From Raja brachyura (taxonomy: Eukaryota), in NCBI GenBank assembly GCA_963514005.1, contig OY740827.1, positions 2,852,001 to 2,916,000 on the forward strand: 64,000 bases of DNA, read 5' to 3'. The notes under the pieces are model-generated. The model had not been told where the DNA came from. It saw only the letters and a list, made by a program, of their open reading frames with translations, and ran no database searches. Below, one piece after another: positions 60,960 to 64,000 of this stretch; positions within the stretch are counted from its first letter, which is position 1, and every line of letters starts with the position of its first letter. Made by a program: the position numbers and the translations under genes.

Positions 60960-62225
60960 CTCTATAAGGTGCTGGTCAGGCCACATATGGAATATTGTGA
61001 GCAATTTTGAGCCCCGTATCTGATGAAGGATGTGCAGGCTCTGGAGAGGGTCCAGAGGAGGTTTACAAGAATCGTCCCAGGAATTAGTGGGTTTACATAT
61101 GATGAGCGTTTGACGGCACTGGGCCTGTTCTCGCTGGAGTTTAGAAGAATGATGTGGGACCGCAATGAAACTTACCGAATAATGAAAGGCTTAGATAGAG
61201 TGGATGTGGATAGGATATTTCCACTAGTGGGAGAGGTCAAAGCCTCAGAATTAAGGGACATTCTTTTAGGAAGGAAATGAGGAGGAATTTCTGTATTCAG
61301 AGGGTGGTGAATCTGTTGAATTCTTTGCCACAGAAGGCTGTGGAGGCAAAATTCAAGCTTTCAAGGTCAGTTTATTGTCACATGTACCAGTTAAGGTACA
61401 GTGAAATTCGAATTTACCAAAAAAAAGCAACAAGAGACACAACTACATAAAAGTTAACATAAACATCCACCACAGCGGACTCCCCACGATCCTCACGGTG
61501 ACGGAAGGCAATAAAGTCCAAACTTCTTCCTCTTTTATTCTTCTGTGTTCGGGGAAATCGAACCATCCGCAGTCTGGGGGATTGAAGCTCCCGCAGCCAG
61601 CGGTCGAAGCCCCCCGCGTCAGGGCGATCGAAGCTCCTGCGGCTTGGAGTTTTCAGAAGTCTAACCAGAGACCACAGGCTCCGCGATGTTAAAGTCCACA
61701 GCACCAATGGATGGAGCCCCAAAATCGACCCCCGACAGGGATCGCAAGCTCCGTGATGGTAAGACCTGCAGGCACCCGGGGTGGAGCTCTCGAAGTCGGA
61801 CTCCAGCAAAGGCCACCAACTCCTCGATGTTAGGCCGCAGTGCGGACGGAGATATGATATGAAAGAAAATCGCATCTCCGTCGAGGTAAGTGATTAGGAA
61901 AAGTTTCCCCCAACTTCCCACATAAAACAAGCTAAAAAACACTAAAAACATACATTTAACACACACAAACAGACAACAAAAAAGGAAGGGACAGACAGAC
62001 TGTTGGCGAGGCAGCCATTGCTGACGCCACCTGGTGGTTAAGTCAGTGGATATTGTTAAGGCAGAGATAAATAAATTATGAATTAGTATGAGTGTCAGGG
62101 GTTCTGGGAGAAGGCAGGAGAATGGGGTTAAGAGGGAGTGATAGATCAGCCATGATTGAATGGGGGAGTAGATTTGATGGGCCAAATGGCCCAATTATAC
62201 TCCAATCACTTATGTCCTTATGAGC
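60960..62225 (+). mobile_element. CR1 3' fragment interrupted by a ~690-bp non-coding retroelement (~61350-62040, minus strand)
   Basis: CR1 peptide [10 protein letters not shown]; CR1 resumes at aagtcagtgg (62041). The insert resembles 20017-20752. Confidence 0.7.
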
Positions 62226-64000
62226 AATCTAGTTGCCTCCTTTTGGTTTTTAAAAGCTTCCCAATCGTTAGACTTCCCACTAAAGTAACATGATGGTGCA
62301 CAGTGGCGCAGTGGTAGAGTTGCTGCCTCACAGCGCCAGAGACCCGACTTCGATCCTGACTACAGCTGCTGTCTGTATGGAGTTTGTACGTTCTCCCTGT
62401 GATCTGCGTGGATTTACCCGCGATCTCCGGTTCCTTCCACGCTCCAAAGACGTACAGGTTTGTAGGTTAATGAGACTTTGGTTAAAAAAAATTGTCCGAA
62501 GTGTGTGTAGGACAGCGTTGGTCGCAGGTCGCCATTGGCCGAAGGGCCTGTTTCTGCACAGTATCACTGAACTAAACACAGAACTAGTGTGTGAACGGGA
62601 GATCGCGGGTGGGCGTGGACCCGGTGGGCCGAAGTGCCTGCTTCCGCGCTGCATCTCTAAACTATACATAGAAGTAGTGTGTGAACCGGTGATCCACATT
62701 TACCAAACAGTGAAAGGCTTGGATTAAGTGGATTTAGAGATAATATTTCCACTAGAGGGAGAGTCCGGGACTAGTGGTCATAGCTTCAGAATTAAAGGGC
62801 ATTCCTTTATTAAGTAGATTCTTTAATCAGAGGGTGGTGAATCTGTGGAATTATTTGCTACAGCAGGCTGTGGAGGACAAGTCACTGGATATTTTTAAGG
62901 CAGAGATAAATAGATTGTTGATTAGTGCGGGTGTCAGGGGTTATGGGGAGAAGGCAGGAGAATGGGGTTAGATAGATCAGCCATGGTTGAATGGCGGAGT
63001 AGACATGATGGGCTGAATGGCCTATGTCTGCTCCTATTACTTATGACCTTAAGACCGTAAATATCACCAACAGCATAACCTGCACCAACTACATTGAAGC
63101 TGTGGTCAATAAGGCACACTAATGTCTCATCTTGTTCAAAAGATGAAGGAAGTTCGGCATTTCCCCAGAGACTCACACCAACTTCTCCACGTGAATTGTG
63201 AAAGAACACTGTTGGATTACTTCACACCTTGGTTTGACAACAGTTCTGCTCAAGGCCCAAAAAACTTGCTGAGAGCTTAGTTTAGTTTAGAGATACAGCA
63301 AGGAAACAGGCCCCCTCGGCCCACCGAGCCTATGCCGACCATCGATCACCGGTCCACACACTAGTTCTATGTTTTGTTTTTGAGATACAGCGTAGAAACA
63401 GGCCCTTCGTCCGCGCCGATCATCGATCACCGTTCACACACTAGTTCTGTGTTTACTTCAGAGATACAGCGCGGAAACAGGTTCTTCGGCCCACCCAGTC
63501 CGTGCCGACCAGCGATCCCCACACACTAGCACTATCATACACACACTAGGGACAATTTACAATTTTGCCAAGCCAATTAACCTACAAACCAGCACATCTT
63601 TGGAATGTGGAAGGAAACCAGAGAAATCCAAAGCAGGTCAAGAGTCCAGATTCAAGAATGTTTTATTGTCAAATGTCCCAGATTACAGAATGAAATTCTT
63701 ACTTGCAGCAGCACAACAGAATATGTAAACGGGCAAACTCCATACAGACAAGCACCCAAAGTCAGGATCAACCAGGGTCTCTGGCGCTGTGAGGCAGCAA
63801 TGCTACCGCTGCGCCACCTTGCCGCCCCTAACATGTATATCGCCCAGTCCATCACACAAAGCAGTCTCCCCATTCCACCCCCTGAAGGGTCTGTTAGAAA
63901 GCATTTTATCAGGATGCATCACAGCTTGGTTTGAGAACAGTTCCATCCACACAGCAACATGCTCTTCGGCCCACCACCTCCATGTCAGCTCTTTTTTGTC

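Overview
Eukaryotic, repeat-rich vertebrate genomic DNA, most likely from a cartilaginous fish (skate/ray-like; inferred from the HE1-type V-SINEs, Deu-domain SINE, CR1 LINEs and Penelope-derived repeats). Most long ORFs in the six-frame track are transposon fragments or minisatellite artefacts. Manual splicing gives one apparently intact 10-coding-exon gene on the minus strand (60846 to 21186, 2085-nt CDS, 694 aa). It encodes a signal peptide, a Siglec V-set domain with the essential Arg, five C2-type Ig domains (three from near-identical 282-bp exons), an uncharged TM segment and a tail ending ESPYQ|[13 protein letters not shown], a complete DAP12/TYROBP-like ITAM with TYROBP-like exon phases. 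This looks like a Siglec/MAG-like receptor with a built-in activating module. A ~4.8-kb inverted duplication (~7020-11800), centred on a CpG island with mirrored E-box and E2F sites, holds two head-to-head PRDM9/SSX-type ancestral-KRAB gene starts, one open and one with a stop codon. Mobile elements include a full-length but decayed DIRS retrotransposon inside the intron that splits the ITAM, three non-autonomous Helitrons with different tandem arrays, a Gypsy>Helitron>TIR transposon>CR1 nest, and many Penelope-type hammerhead-ribozyme motifs. A 5.5-kb 33-bp minisatellite lies in the first coding intron of the Siglec gene. All calls come from reading the sequence; no database searches were run, and many repeat boundaries are approximate.
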